Shown piece by piece: positions 9,936 through 19,665 of a stretch of DNA of 64,000 nt. The notes beneath the pieces are model-generated. The model saw only the letters and a list, made by a program, of their open reading frames with translations, ran no database searches and had not been told where the DNA came from. Within the stretch, counting starts at the first letter, position 1. Each line of letters begins with the position of its first letter. The position numbers and the translations under genes are program-made. Source of the stretch: Candidatus Daviesbacteria bacterium (GTDB taxonomy: Bacteria; Patescibacteriota; Microgenomatia; Daviesbacterales; UBA10151); the NCBI GenBank assembly GCA_016186955.1, contig JACPKP010000002.1:5566-69565 (forward strand), in the 5' to 3' direction.

Positions 9936-12083
9936 TTATCGTGTAGTAGTACCAAGTTGTGAAGCATTTCCATCACCTTGACCATCAAAATACTCCTCTG
10001 CATTTCTGATTAATACATCCCTGGGTTTTGACCCTTCACCGTGACCAATAATACCAGCGCCTTCAAGCTCATCTATGATCCTGGCAGCCCTGGCGTATCC
10101 CACTTTAAGCCTTCTTTGCAAAAGCGAGGCTGAAGCACGGTCGTACTGACAGACAGTCCTTAAAGCTTCTTCAAACAACTCATCCTGCCCGTCCCCGCCT
10201 GTATTGGCTCCCATCCCCCGGCCAATTCTGCCAATCGGCATCTCTGTCACTTCAGCGGTATATTGGGGCGCCACACCCAACTCTTTCAAATATTTCACCA
10301 GGTTATTGGTCTCAGCATCTGTCACCAAAACACCCTGTATACGCATTGGTTTTGCAGCATCAGGCGGTAAAAACAGCATATCCCCTCTTCCTAAAAGCTT
10401 TTCTGCACCGGGCTGGTCAATAATAACCCTTGAGTCGATCATTGATGAAACATTGAATGCAATCCTGCAGGGAATATTGGCCTTCATCAAACCTGTTATA
10501 ACATCCACCGAAGGCCGTTGTGTTGCCAATATTAGATGTATACCTGTTGCCCTGGCAAGCTGGGCTAAACGGGTAATTGCATCTTCAATTTCAACAGGGG
10601 CAAACATCATCAGGTCTGCCAACTCATCAATGAAGATGGCAATATAAGGCAGAACCTGAAACCCGCTCATTTCGTTGTACCCTGCAATATTCCGCACTCC
10701 AACAGACTGGAAAAGCTTATATCGCCTATCCATCTCCGCCATCGCCCATTTTAGGGCAGACAATATTTTTTCCGGTTCAACTATCACCGGCGCCAGCAGG
10801 TGCGGAATACCATTGTATTGTGTCAACTCCACCCGCTTGGGGTCAATCAAGATTAATTTCATCTCTGCAGGAGAGTTGCGGAACAGCAGGGCGGTAATCC
10901 ACTGGTGGATCAAAATGGATTTTCCGGAGCCGGTTGTACCTGCTACTAAAACATGGGGCATCCTGTCAATATCAACCGTAACCGGATTTGAACCGGTGTC
11001 TTTCCCCAAAGTCACAGCCAGTTTTGACTTATTTTTCTTCATCTCTTCTGAAGCCAAAACAGACTTTAATGTCACTATCTCCAGGGTATGGTTGGGTACT
11101 TCAATCCCTACCAATGATTTACCGGGGATAGGGGCCTCAATCCTGACCGTCCCTGTCCTGGTCGCCAGAGACAAAGCAATATCATGCTGCAAATTGGCAA
11201 TTTTGGCAATTTTGGTGCCAGATGCAATCTCAAGGGCGTATTGGGTGACGGCCGGTCCGCCGTTTACTTCAGCAACTCTTGCCTGGATCCCGAAAGAATC
11301 CAGGGTTTTTTCTATAATGGCTGCGTTTCTCTTAACATCACCCCTGTTGGCAGGAGCGCCGCCTTTATCGGATAACAAATTATACGGGGGGTATCTCCAA
11401 ACCCGTGTTTGGCCTGCCATATTGGCAACCAAGGTGTCTGCCATAACATTCTCCTTTGGTGTTTTTTCAACCGGCTTATATTTTGACCTTTGGTCTTCAA
11501 TTCCGGAAACCTTTAGCGCGCCTTTTACTTCAAACGTTTCCTTTCTTCTGATCACTCCAAAAATTTTTCCCATGAATTTTCCAAGCGCTGCCAGTGATGC
11601 AAAAACTTGAGTAATAAAGTGCAGCGCCTGGGTCAGGTTAGTATTGAGAAAAACAACAAACCCGACTAAAAAAATTCCCAGCAGAAAAACCAACGCACCC
11701 GGGGCAGTCAGCAGGTTTTTTAATTCCTCCCAAACTGTCTGGCCCAAAACCCCGCCGGCCTGAATGCTAAAAATAGCAAAGACCCCCATTAAAGATACCA
11801 TCATGGTGACAAGCCCCAATAAAACATTTGTTTGTGCAAACTGCCACCTGACTCTTTGCAGCACCAGCGAGCAAAGCAGGAAAACTACCGGGGCAAGGAA
11901 TGCCATCAACCCTAAATTGGATATCAAAAATTCCCGCCAAAACGACAGGGCAGAAGCACGGGTTATAAAGGATACTGCTGAAAGGCCTGCCAGGACCAGG
12001 GAGATTATTGAGCCAACAGCCACAACTGTTTTTTGGCGGAGTTTGAGTTTGGGTATCGAGTAGATAGATCTTCGTCTAGGCAT
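9936..12083 (-). CDS. ftsK: DNA translocase FtsK/SpoIIIE
   Basis: N-terminal TM helices, Walker A VLVAGTTGSGKS and a C-terminal gamma-domain-like wHTH (RASASLLQRRLKVGYARAARIIDELE). The ATG at 12081-12083 (MPRRRSIY...) is preferred over the TTG-initiated track start at 12137. Confidence 0.9.
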   Translation of the reverse strand: MPRRRSIYSIPKLKLRQKTVVAVGSIISLVLAGLSAVSFITRASALSFWREFLISNLGLMAFLAPVVFLLCSLVLQRVRWQFAQTNVLLGLVTMMVSLMGVFAIFSIQAGGVLGQTVWEELKNLLTAPGALVFLLGIFLVGFVVFLNTNLTQALHFITQVFASLAALGKFMGKIFGVIRRKETFEVKGALKVSGIEDQRSKYKPVEKTPKENVMADTLVANMAGQTRVWRYPPYNLLSDKGGAPANRGDVKRNAAIIEKTLDSFGIQARVAEVNGGPAVTQYALEIASGTKIAKIANLQHDIALSLATRTGTVRIEAPIPGKSLVGIEVPNHTLEIVTLKSVLASEEMKKNKSKLAVTLGKDTGSNPVTVDIDRMPHVLVAGTTGSGKSILIHQWITALLFRNSPAEMKLILIDPKRVELTQYNGIPHLLAPVIVEPEKILSALKWAMAEMDRRYKLFQSVGVRNIAGYNEMSGFQVLPYIAIFIDELADLMMFAPVEIEDAITRLAQLARATGIHLILATQRPSVDVITGLMKANIPCRIAFNVSSMIDSRVIIDQPGAEKLLGRGDMLFLPPDAAKPMRIQGVLVTDAETNNLVKYLKELGVAPQYTAEVTEMPIGRIGRGMGANTGGDGQDELFEEALRTVCQYDRASASLLQRRLKVGYARAARIIDELEGAGIIGHGEGSKPRDVLIRNAEEYFDGQGDGNASQLGTTTR

Positions 12084-12091
12084 TTTAAAAA

Positions 12092-12200
12092 ATTCGAAAT
12101 ACGAAATACGAAACAAATTCAAATATTTAATTTGCAAATAAATTAAAATTTTTGAATTTAGAATTTAATCATAGTTTCGAGTTTCGATATTCAAATTTCG
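12092..12200. repeat. AT-rich palindromic element (CGAAAT family), intergenic copy upstream of ftsK
   Basis: Left arm cgaaatacgaaatacgaaac and right arm gtttcgagtttcgatattcaaatttcg form an imperfect inverted repeat. A second copy lies inside lepA. Confidence 0.55.
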
Positions 12201-12236
12201 TAATTATATACTAATTATACCATACCCACTATGGGC

Positions 12237-13961
12237 TTAAACCTCCACCACTGTCGTTAAAATAAGCGGGCTTCTTTTGGTTTCCCCATAGAAAAACTTT
12301 TCCAGCTGCTCCTCAATCTGATGCCTGGTATAACGCCAGTCGATGGGAGCTTCACCCCTGCCTTTAAGACAGTTCCTGGCAATGCTTTTAGCCTTTTCAA
12401 TCAACTCCTCTGATTCCTGTTCAAATACAAAACCTCTAGTTATAATATCCGGTTCGCCAGCCACCTGACCGCTTTGCTGCTCAACCGGCACTATGACCAC
12501 AACCACCCCTTCTTCACTCATCACCTGCCTGTCGCGCAATACAATACTGCCCACATCCCCCACCCCTAAACCGTCAACATAAACATTGGATACCGGAATA
12601 AAACCCTCCATTTTGACATTATCTCTCCTGATATTAATAACCTGTCCATCCTGGGCCATTAAAACCTGGTCTTCCCGGTAACCCATACCCTGGGCCATCC
12701 TTGAGAAAGATTTCATATGCCTGAAGGTTCCCCCAATTGGCAGGATATATTTTGGTTTGGCCAAATTTACCATCAATTTTAACTCTTCTGCGGCTGCATG
12801 GCCTGATACATGTAAATCCGAGAGCATGGCGGAATAATAAACATCACACCCGAGTTTGGTAAGTGTATCTATCAAGGCGCTTTGTGCTGACTCAGTGCTG
12901 GGTATCGGGTCAGCGCTGAAAACTACTGAATCTTTTTTACGGAGAGTGACAAATTTATGGTCACTATTGGCAGCCCGGGACAGGGCAGAACCTGGTTGCC
13001 CCTGCGAGCCTGCAATAAGCACCATCAACTTATTATCATGGAAGCGTTTTATTTCTTCCTGAGCTATTACCAAACCCGGCGGTACATCAAGATAACCTAA
13101 ATCCCTTGCCACCTGGAAATTATTTTCCACAGACCTACCTGCTAAAGCTAATCTGCGGCCTGACTTGACACAAACATTGATCGCCTGTTGGATCCTGGTA
13201 ACGTTGGATGATGTCATTGTGATCAATACTTTCCCCTCTGTCTCTTTCTCTACGGAGGCAAAAGTATTCTCAATGGTTTTCTCCGATAGTGTATAACCCT
13301 GTTTCTCCACCCTGAGGCAATCAATGGCCATAAACACCACACCGCTCTCTCCCACCCTTGCCACACTGCCAACATCAGTTACCTGGCCGTTGACAGGGGT
13401 CCAGTCCATTTTAAAATCAGCCTGATGGATAATAGTCCCGACCGGAGTTGATAAAACAATCCCTGTAGAATCCGGTATGGAATGAGAAACCTGATAGAAT
13501 GAAGCGCTAAAAACTCCCAACTGCAGTTTATCTTTTAAACCCACTACCCTGATTTTATCCTTCGGCAGCCTATGTTCGGTAAATTTTGCCCTGATCATGC
13601 CACAAGTCAGTTTCTGTGAATAAATAGGCACCTCACCAAGCTGGGGCCAGATGTATGGCAGACTGCCTATATGGTCATCATGCGCATGGGTTATTAAAAT
13701 CCCCCGTATTTTATGCTTTTTATCTTTTAAATAGGTGATATCCGGGATAACCAAGTCTATCCCAAGCATGCCTTCGTCAGGAAAACCAACTCCGCAATCA
13801 ATGATAACAATATCATTCTCGTATTCATAAACATACATATTTTTAGTAACATCACCCACCCCACCAAGCGGTATTAACTTTAAAATTTTGTTGCCGGAAA
13901 AAGCCGGTGTACCCTTGACCGGTCCATTAAATTGTTTGGGCCTGAAACTTTTTATTTTCAT
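12237..13961 (-). CDS. rnj: Ribonuclease J (beta-CASP metallo-beta-lactamase)
   Basis: Motif ILITHAHDDHIGSLPYIW (HxHxDH) and RNase J-like overall length and order. Confidence 0.9.
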   Translation of the reverse strand: MKIKSFRPKQFNGPVKGTPAFSGNKILKLIPLGGVGDVTKNMYVYEYENDIVIIDCGVGFPDEGMLGIDLVIPDITYLKDKKHKIRGILITHAHDDHIGSLPYIWPQLGEVPIYSQKLTCGMIRAKFTEHRLPKDKIRVVGLKDKLQLGVFSASFYQVSHSIPDSTGIVLSTPVGTIIHQADFKMDWTPVNGQVTDVGSVARVGESGVVFMAIDCLRVEKQGYTLSEKTIENTFASVEKETEGKVLITMTSSNVTRIQQAINVCVKSGRRLALAGRSVENNFQVARDLGYLDVPPGLVIAQEEIKRFHDNKLMVLIAGSQGQPGSALSRAANSDHKFVTLRKKDSVVFSADPIPSTESAQSALIDTLTKLGCDVYYSAMLSDLHVSGHAAAEELKLMVNLAKPKYILPIGGTFRHMKSFSRMAQGMGYREDQVLMAQDGQVINIRRDNVKMEGFIPVSNVYVDGLGVGDVGSIVLRDRQVMSEEGVVVVIVPVEQQSGQVAGEPDIITRGFVFEQESEELIEKAKSIARNCLKGRGEAPIDWRYTRHQIEEQLEKFFYGETKRSPLILTTVVEV

Positions 13962-14995
13962 AGTGATAAATACTCGCCTAAATTAGCGCTGTTAACAATA
14001 AAAGGGCCTCTTTGGCCCTCTACTATTTTTTTTGCTAATTTACGCACTAGCGCGTCTATATTCCTGCCCAAAGACCTGATTCCTCCGTCAAATCCCAACG
14101 GACGTACAATTGCCGGCCATGTTTGAGGGTCAACTTGTATCAGCTTACCGTCTATACCTGAACGGTCAAGCGCCTGCGGTAAAAGATATTCCCTGCCAAT
14201 GGTTATTTTTTGCTCATCCGAATAAAACGGCATCTCTAAAACTTCAATCCTGTCCATTACAGCTGTGGCAATATTGCCTATATTGTTGGCTGTCGCTATA
14301 AAAAGCACCTGGGATAGGTTAAAAGGAAAGCCAACATAATGGTCAAAAAAAGCCATATTTTGTTCAGGGTCTAACAGTTCAACCAGGACTCCCATAATAT
14401 CATTCCTGGCCTCCTCAGTTACCCTATCTAACTCATCCAGTAAAATAACCGGGTTTAAAACCCCTGCCCTTTTTAGGGATTTCATAATCAATCCGGGTTC
14501 AGCTTCCGCTTTAATCCTTGACTCACCCCTCAGCTGCAACGCGCTCCCTAACCCTCCAAAAGGTATCCTGATAATCGGCCTGCCTAAACTTTCCGCTATT
14601 GAAAAAGCCAGTGAAGTTTTGCCTGATCCTACCAACCCGACAAACCCCAATATTGGCTCTCTCGGTAATTGCCCTTTTTGTTTATTTAAAATCAATACTG
14701 ATAAATATTCAAGTATCCGCTCTTTAATGGGCTCGAGGCCATAGTGGTTTTTATCCAATATTTGTTTGGCCCTTTGCAGGTCAAGGATATCCTGGACGCT
14801 TTTTTCCCAGGGAAGGTCACAGATAAAGTTTATATAATTTATCGTCCTGTCTGTTTCAGGACCAAATTGGTTTGCCCGTAAGCTGATGTCAACATGCGAT
14901 AATTCATCCTGTAATCTCCCCAGTACGTCTTGCGGCAGTTGTGATGTTGAAATTCTCTGTTTTAATTTCCCTATTAAATCATTATTGTTTACCAT
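13958..14995 (-). CDS. Lon-like AAA+ ATPase module lacking a protease domain
   Basis: HYGLEPIKERILEYLSV...GFVGLVGSGKTSLAFSIAESLGRP...LLDELDR...VLVELLDPEQNMAFFDHY...FIATANN..AVMDRIEVL aligns to the Lon AAA+/alpha domains. The ORF ends where the Lon protease domain would begin and overlaps the rnj start (ATGA). Confidence 0.7.
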   Translation of the reverse strand: MVNNNDLIGKLKQRISTSQLPQDVLGRLQDELSHVDISLRANQFGPETDRTINYINFICDLPWEKSVQDILDLQRAKQILDKNHYGLEPIKERILEYLSVLILNKQKGQLPREPILGFVGLVGSGKTSLAFSIAESLGRPIIRIPFGGLGSALQLRGESRIKAEAEPGLIMKSLKRAGVLNPVILLDELDRVTEEARNDIMGVLVELLDPEQNMAFFDHYVGFPFNLSQVLFIATANNIGNIATAVMDRIEVLEMPFYSDEQKITIGREYLLPQALDRSGIDGKLIQVDPQTWPAIVRPLGFDGGIRSLGRNIDALVRKLAKKIVEGQRGPFIVNSANLGEYLSL

Positions 14996-15068
14996 TCACC
15001 CTTTTAGTATATCTTACCCTATGGAGAAAAAATATCCCATGATACTCAAGTGGAGTCAATTGCTTCTT

Positions 15069-17465
15069 TCATCTACCAAAATCCCTGCGGCCCGGCCTGC
15101 CTCTTGTAGAACCTCTGGGGCTAAACCCTCTGTCATTTCCTCCAAAGCCGCCTCTGCCTCTATCCCGGAATCCGCTTCCTCCGGGTCTGCCGCCACCAAA
15201 ACCTCTCCTTTGGAAACCTCCTGCCGGACGGCCGCCGCCTCCTGAATACCCGCTTCCTTCCCCTCGCCCCACTGAAGACCCATCGAAGCGGCCAAAACCG
15301 GAGGAGCGTGAAGGCCTGCCTTCAGATTCTACCTTCCGGTCATCACCAAACAACATTGAAAGGGCAATTTTCCCTTGCGGGTCAACATCAGTCACGCGCA
15401 CATGTACAACCTGCCCTTCTGACACTATATCCTCAGGCCGTTCCACCCGCCCCGGCGCCATCTGTGAAACATGGACCAAACCGTCTTTGCCGGGTAAAAT
15501 TTCAACAAAAGCCCCGAACGGTGCAATCCTGACAACTTTACCATCGAATTCTTCTCCGGGTTTGACTTCTTTAAACATGCCTTCAACAGCTTCCATGGCT
15601 TTTGCGATAGACTCTTCATCCGTAGAGGAGATCATCACAGTTCCGTCATCCTCGATATCAATTTGCGCCCCTGTTTTGGCAATAATCCCGTTAATATTTT
15701 TACCTCCGGGACCGATCAACATGCCAATCTCTTCAGGTTTGATATGGGTTATCTTAATTTTAGGGGCGTACACACTAATCTTGATTTCTTTTGGCATCAC
15801 TTGAGCCATTCTTTCCAAAATAAACTCCCTGGCAGCTTTACCCTGACGCAGCGCTTCTTTGATAATGTCAAAGGTTAACCCATGTAATTTTGTGTCCATC
15901 TGGATACCGGTAATCCCGTTTTTGGTGCCGGCCACTTTAAAATCCATCTCCCCGTAAAAATCTTCCACCGCCTGCATATCCGTTATAACCTGAAATCCCT
16001 GTCCTGAGCCTTTTTTAATATTATGATCTGTTATAAGACCCATGGCGATACCTGCCACCGGTTCTACAGGCACACCCGCATCTAGCATTGCCAAAGTTGA
16101 GGCGCAAATTGCAGCTTGCGAGGTAGAGGCGTTAGCCCCCAAAACTTCCGAAACTACCCTGATTGCATAAGGAAAATCCTGGATTGAAGGGATCACACTC
16201 TCTAAAGATATCTCCCCTAAATTACCGTGGCCGATATCACGCCTGTTGGGCGAACCAATCCTTTTAACCTCTCCCGATGCAAAAGGATTAATACTCATAT
16301 TGTAATAATGCATAAAACGCTTGGAGCTTTCACCCTCCATACCTTCAAGGGTTTGGCCGACAGAGAGCGGGCCCAGTGTGGCAACTGAAAGCAGCTGGGA
16401 TCCTCCACGCTGGAACAGTGCGCTGCCATGAGCTCTCGGCAGAATGCCTATCTCCATATTAATCTCCCGTACCTCTTCCATACCTCTCCCGTCTACCCTT
16501 TTGCTTTTATTTAAGATTGTATCGTTCATTATCTCTTTGGCAACTTTGTCAAAAACCGCAACGACCTGGATCGCTGTCAATGTATCTGCATGCAGGGCGA
16601 TGATTTCGTCTTTGATGATATCACCGGTTAAGTCATGCCAGGTTTTATCTTTATCAAACAGGGCTGCTTCAATCCTCTCTTTGATATCTTTCCTAACCTG
16701 GGTCAAGAGCTTAACATCAATTTCTTCGGCTACATTAACAAATGTCTGTTTTTCTTTTCCTGCAGCTTTGGCAAATTCTGAAATTAAATCAATTACCGGC
16801 TGGGAAGCTGTATGGGCTTTCTTGATAGCATCAAATATAACCTCCTCTTTAACCTGTTTAGCCTCAGCTTCAATCATTGTTACCAGGTCTTTGCCGGAGG
16901 CAACCAACAGGTTAAAATTCAGGTTTTCAAAATCACTCAAATTCGGGTTAATCACAACCTCTCCATTGAGTTCTCCCACCCTTGTTAAACTGATCGGACC
17001 TGCCCAAGGCACGGAAGAGATGGACAACGCTGCAGCAGTACCGATCAACCCCAACTCAACAGGGTCGTTGATACCATCATAAGATAACACTGTGACAATA
17101 ACCTGGACTTCATCCCTGAAGTCTTTGGGGAAAAGCGGCCTGATGGAACGGTCAATGGCCCGGCCTGACAAGATTGATTTTTCAGACGGCCTGCCTTCTC
17201 TTTTGATAAATTTTTGAGGAGTAATACGCCCTGAGGCATAGTGTTTTTCCACATATTCTACAGAAAGCGGGAAATAGCCCGGATCCTCAGTGATAGGCTG
17301 GGTTGAAACCGTAGCCAATACTACTGTTTCACCCCATGTAGCCAAAACAGCAGCATCAGCCTGCAAAGCAAACTTGCCTGTTTCAAGTTTAAGAGTACGG
17401 CCGTTTAAGTCCATCTCCTTAGTAATAAACGAAGTTTTCTGCTTCGCAGTAACTTTATCTTTCAT
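15069..17465 (-). CDS. pnp: Polynucleotide phosphorylase with a C-terminal Arg/Gly-rich tail
   Basis: Two RNase PH-like domains, then KH and S1 (GKVVRIAPFGAFVEILPGKDGLVHVSQM), then an ~80-aa RGG/GRG-rich tail. Confidence 0.95.
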   Translation of the reverse strand: MKDKVTAKQKTSFITKEMDLNGRTLKLETGKFALQADAAVLATWGETVVLATVSTQPITEDPGYFPLSVEYVEKHYASGRITPQKFIKREGRPSEKSILSGRAIDRSIRPLFPKDFRDEVQVIVTVLSYDGINDPVELGLIGTAAALSISSVPWAGPISLTRVGELNGEVVINPNLSDFENLNFNLLVASGKDLVTMIEAEAKQVKEEVIFDAIKKAHTASQPVIDLISEFAKAAGKEKQTFVNVAEEIDVKLLTQVRKDIKERIEAALFDKDKTWHDLTGDIIKDEIIALHADTLTAIQVVAVFDKVAKEIMNDTILNKSKRVDGRGMEEVREINMEIGILPRAHGSALFQRGGSQLLSVATLGPLSVGQTLEGMEGESSKRFMHYYNMSINPFASGEVKRIGSPNRRDIGHGNLGEISLESVIPSIQDFPYAIRVVSEVLGANASTSQAAICASTLAMLDAGVPVEPVAGIAMGLITDHNIKKGSGQGFQVITDMQAVEDFYGEMDFKVAGTKNGITGIQMDTKLHGLTFDIIKEALRQGKAAREFILERMAQVMPKEIKISVYAPKIKITHIKPEEIGMLIGPGGKNINGIIAKTGAQIDIEDDGTVMISSTDEESIAKAMEAVEGMFKEVKPGEEFDGKVVRIAPFGAFVEILPGKDGLVHVSQMAPGRVERPEDIVSEGQVVHVRVTDVDPQGKIALSMLFGDDRKVESEGRPSRSSGFGRFDGSSVGRGEGSGYSGGGGRPAGGFQRRGFGGGRPGGSGFRDRGRGGFGGNDRGFSPRGSTRGRPGRRDFGR

Positions 17466-17489
17466 AAGAGAGTTTACTCATCTTTCATA

Positions 17490-17531
17490 AATAGTTCATG
17501 AAAAAACAAAACATATCTTCTATGAACTATT
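17490..17531 (-). promoter_or_regulatory. Stem-loop in the rpsO-pnp intergenic leader (candidate RNase III/autoregulatory hairpin)
   Basis: A 10-bp inverted repeat aatagttcat ... atgaactatt flanks a 22-nt loop and sits between rpsO and pnp, the classical position of the pnp leader hairpin. Confidence 0.4.
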
Positions 17532-17669
17532 CACTAAGAACCAATAACTGATTCTTGGGTGTTTGGAAACTGTGGAAGAGAGAATTAGTCAAATACTAAC
17601 TGCCTCTTTGCAATCCCCAAACCACCTACTAAAAACAAGTATATCACAACCGATAGTGATGTGCAAGCG

Positions 17670-17939
17670 CTATCTTGCCAGACCCAACTTCTCTATAACC
17701 ATCTTATACCTATCCGCATCTTTTTTCAGCAGATATTGCAAAAGCCTTCTTCTTTTGTTCACCATCGAAAGTAACCCTCTTCTGGAATGGACATCATGGG
17801 TGTGTTCCTGTAAATGCTCTGTGAGGTTTTTGATCTGCTCCGTCAAAAGCGCTGCCTGGACTTCCGGGGAGCCTGTATCACCTTTGTGAGTGGCAAACTG
17901 GTCTATAATTTTTTGCTTGCTTTTCGGGTCAAGTGGCAT
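17670..17939 (-). CDS. rpsO: 30S ribosomal protein S15
   Basis: 89 aa; [32 protein letters not shown] is characteristic of S15. It sits directly upstream of pnp, the conserved operon arrangement. Confidence 0.9.
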   Translation of the reverse strand: MPLDPKSKQKIIDQFATHKGDTGSPEVQAALLTEQIKNLTEHLQEHTHDVHSRRGLLSMVNKRRRLLQYLLKKDADRYKMVIEKLGLAR

Positions 17940-18032
17940 CTTTACTTTCCGGACAACCTTGGTGCCAAAACGATGTCCTTATGTATTACTTTGGAATCTT
18001 ACCAGAAATTTGAAAATTATGCAAGGGTGCAG

Positions 18033-18061
18033 TTGACAAACTTGGCAGTTGAACCTATAAT
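18033..18061 (+). promoter_or_regulatory. Consensus sigma70 promoter (TTGACA-17 nt-TATAAT)
   Basis: TTGACA at 18033-18038, 17-nt spacer, TATAAT at 18056-18061, ATG at 18078. Confidence 0.45.
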
Positions 18062-18077
18062 TCCGTTTTAGAAACTT

Positions 18078-19655
18078 ATGTTAAGAATTGAAGGCTTGGA
18101 AGCGGTAGAATATCTGGAGAAAGCCCGCGGGACTATCCACAAAGAGGATACGGTTTTCAACCTGCCCTATCTTTCTAAAATGCTGGAGCTTGAGGCTTTA
18201 TTCCTCCAAAGGACCATGCAAAGCGGCCTCCCGGAAATTGCAGGGATCGCCATTGATGCAACCGGGTTTCCGGAGATTAACGGGTGGCGGGCGGACCTGT
18301 CCAAAATAATGGAGCAGTTCAATAACTTGAGGGGGAAACGGGAGCTTGAGCTTAGACCATTCCGGCAGCAGCTGCTGAATGCCTCTCCTGACGGCATAAT
18401 CTCAGCAGGCGCTAACCTAGCTGTAAAGCTCACTGAGGATATTCCGCTGATCCAGGCTTTCAGCGGGACTGACGACACCTTCAAAAAGGCGGTAAGTTCA
18501 GAAAAAGAACCAGGTTTGCCATTTTCCAAAAAAACAAGTTTCCCCGGGCTGCTGTTTACTGCTACCCCTTCTGACCCCCATAGGCTCAACCAAGGCCTTC
18601 TCAAATATTCCAAAAGTCTGGAATATGCTTTTAAGCTGGTTCCTGTTTTTAGGGAAGAGACTGTTTTATTTTGTGCCGGAATTTATTCCGGCAGGGTTAA
18701 TTTTTTAAACCGGCTGGATAAAAATCAAGGCTTGGCAAGCCCTCTAAGTAAACCTGAACAGCCAAACACACCCCAATATCTACCAGACTATTCAACCGCT
18801 TTTGAAAAAAACGTGCTGGGCTATGAACAATCCATACAACATGCCCTGCTTAATTTTGATGCTGCCAGGTTCAGCAGCAGCCAGGTTGATCAATATCTTG
18901 ATGCCCTTGCCCAGCTAAATAAATTAATAGCCAAATCTAAAAAATTCATGGATGCTGCCTTAAATTGTGATTACCAGACCAAAGAGGAGATAAACAGTTC
19001 AATTTTGGAAATTGCCGGAAAGACAAACGATATTTACTCCTCTTTGGATAATGATGAGCTGAGGAGCAGCTTGCAGCTTGCCATGGGTGGAAGCCTGGAT
19101 GCAGCCTACGGGCAGCCTAAACCGGAGCTGCAGCCGGCTCAAAACCTTGCCTTAAGAGCTCCCCGCCCGGTAGATCAAAAAGAGAATTTAAAATACAGCG
19201 CCAGGCAAAGGCTCCGGGAAATTCTGGAGGAGGTAAAAAAAGAGCCTGCAAATGATAAAACATCCAAAACTCTGCTTGATAAAGCTTTAGAAAATTATGG
19301 TTTTATAGAAAGCCTGGTAAATGAACCCGCCTTCAAAAATTACATTAATTTTATCAACCATAACCATAAATTCCGGGTTGTGCTTGCAGGCGGAGGTTTA
19401 TGTCCTTGGAGAATAGACTTGGGCAGCAAGAGCATTTATGTCGAGGGCTGCGGCGGTAGAAAAATATTTGAACAGGGTAATTCAGAGTATATAACTCATT
19501 TTTTGACTGTCGGTCGATTTGGAGATCCTACGCTGCTGGTGAGTAGAGAAAACCTTCAGGATTGGTGGAACAAGGATGGTGATTACTGTTATGTAAATGC
19601 TTTAGGGAAGATAACAAAAGAAAAACTAGTCAAAACAATACTAAACAAGCTTTAG
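18078..19655 (+). CDS. Orphan 525-aa hypothetical protein (GC-richer than its surroundings)
   Basis: Long ORF with coding-like composition and no recognisable motif. Its GC content is visibly higher than flanking housekeeping genes. Confidence 0.5.
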   Translation: MLRIEGLEAVEYLEKARGTIHKEDTVFNLPYLSKMLELEALFLQRTMQSGLPEIAGIAIDATGFPEINGWRADLSKIMEQFNNLRGKRELELRPFRQQLLNASPDGIISAGANLAVKLTEDIPLIQAFSGTDDTFKKAVSSEKEPGLPFSKKTSFPGLLFTATPSDPHRLNQGLLKYSKSLEYAFKLVPVFREETVLFCAGIYSGRVNFLNRLDKNQGLASPLSKPEQPNTPQYLPDYSTAFEKNVLGYEQSIQHALLNFDAARFSSSQVDQYLDALAQLNKLIAKSKKFMDAALNCDYQTKEEINSSILEIAGKTNDIYSSLDNDELRSSLQLAMGGSLDAAYGQPKPELQPAQNLALRAPRPVDQKENLKYSARQRLREILEEVKKEPANDKTSKTLLDKALENYGFIESLVNEPAFKNYINFINHNHKFRVVLAGGGLCPWRIDLGSKSIYVEGCGGRKIFEQGNSEYITHFLTVGRFGDPTLLVSRENLQDWWNKDGDYCYVNALGKITKEKLVKTILNKL

Positions 19656-19665
19656 AAATTAAATA

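Noticed and set aside
10204-11610. Long plus-strand ORFs (147, 311, 63 aa) antisense to ftsK
   Set aside because: They lie entirely within the well-supported ftsK CDS on the opposite strand with no motifs. They are typical antisense shadow ORFs.
12084-12137. ftsK start at 12137 as given by the ORF track
   Set aside because: The codon there is TTG inside a palindromic repeat. An ATG with a sensible N-terminus lies 54 nt downstream.
16444-17082. 212-aa plus-strand ORF antisense to pnp
   Set aside because: It sits within the pnp CDS, is low-complexity Ser/Leu-rich and is a shadow ORF.
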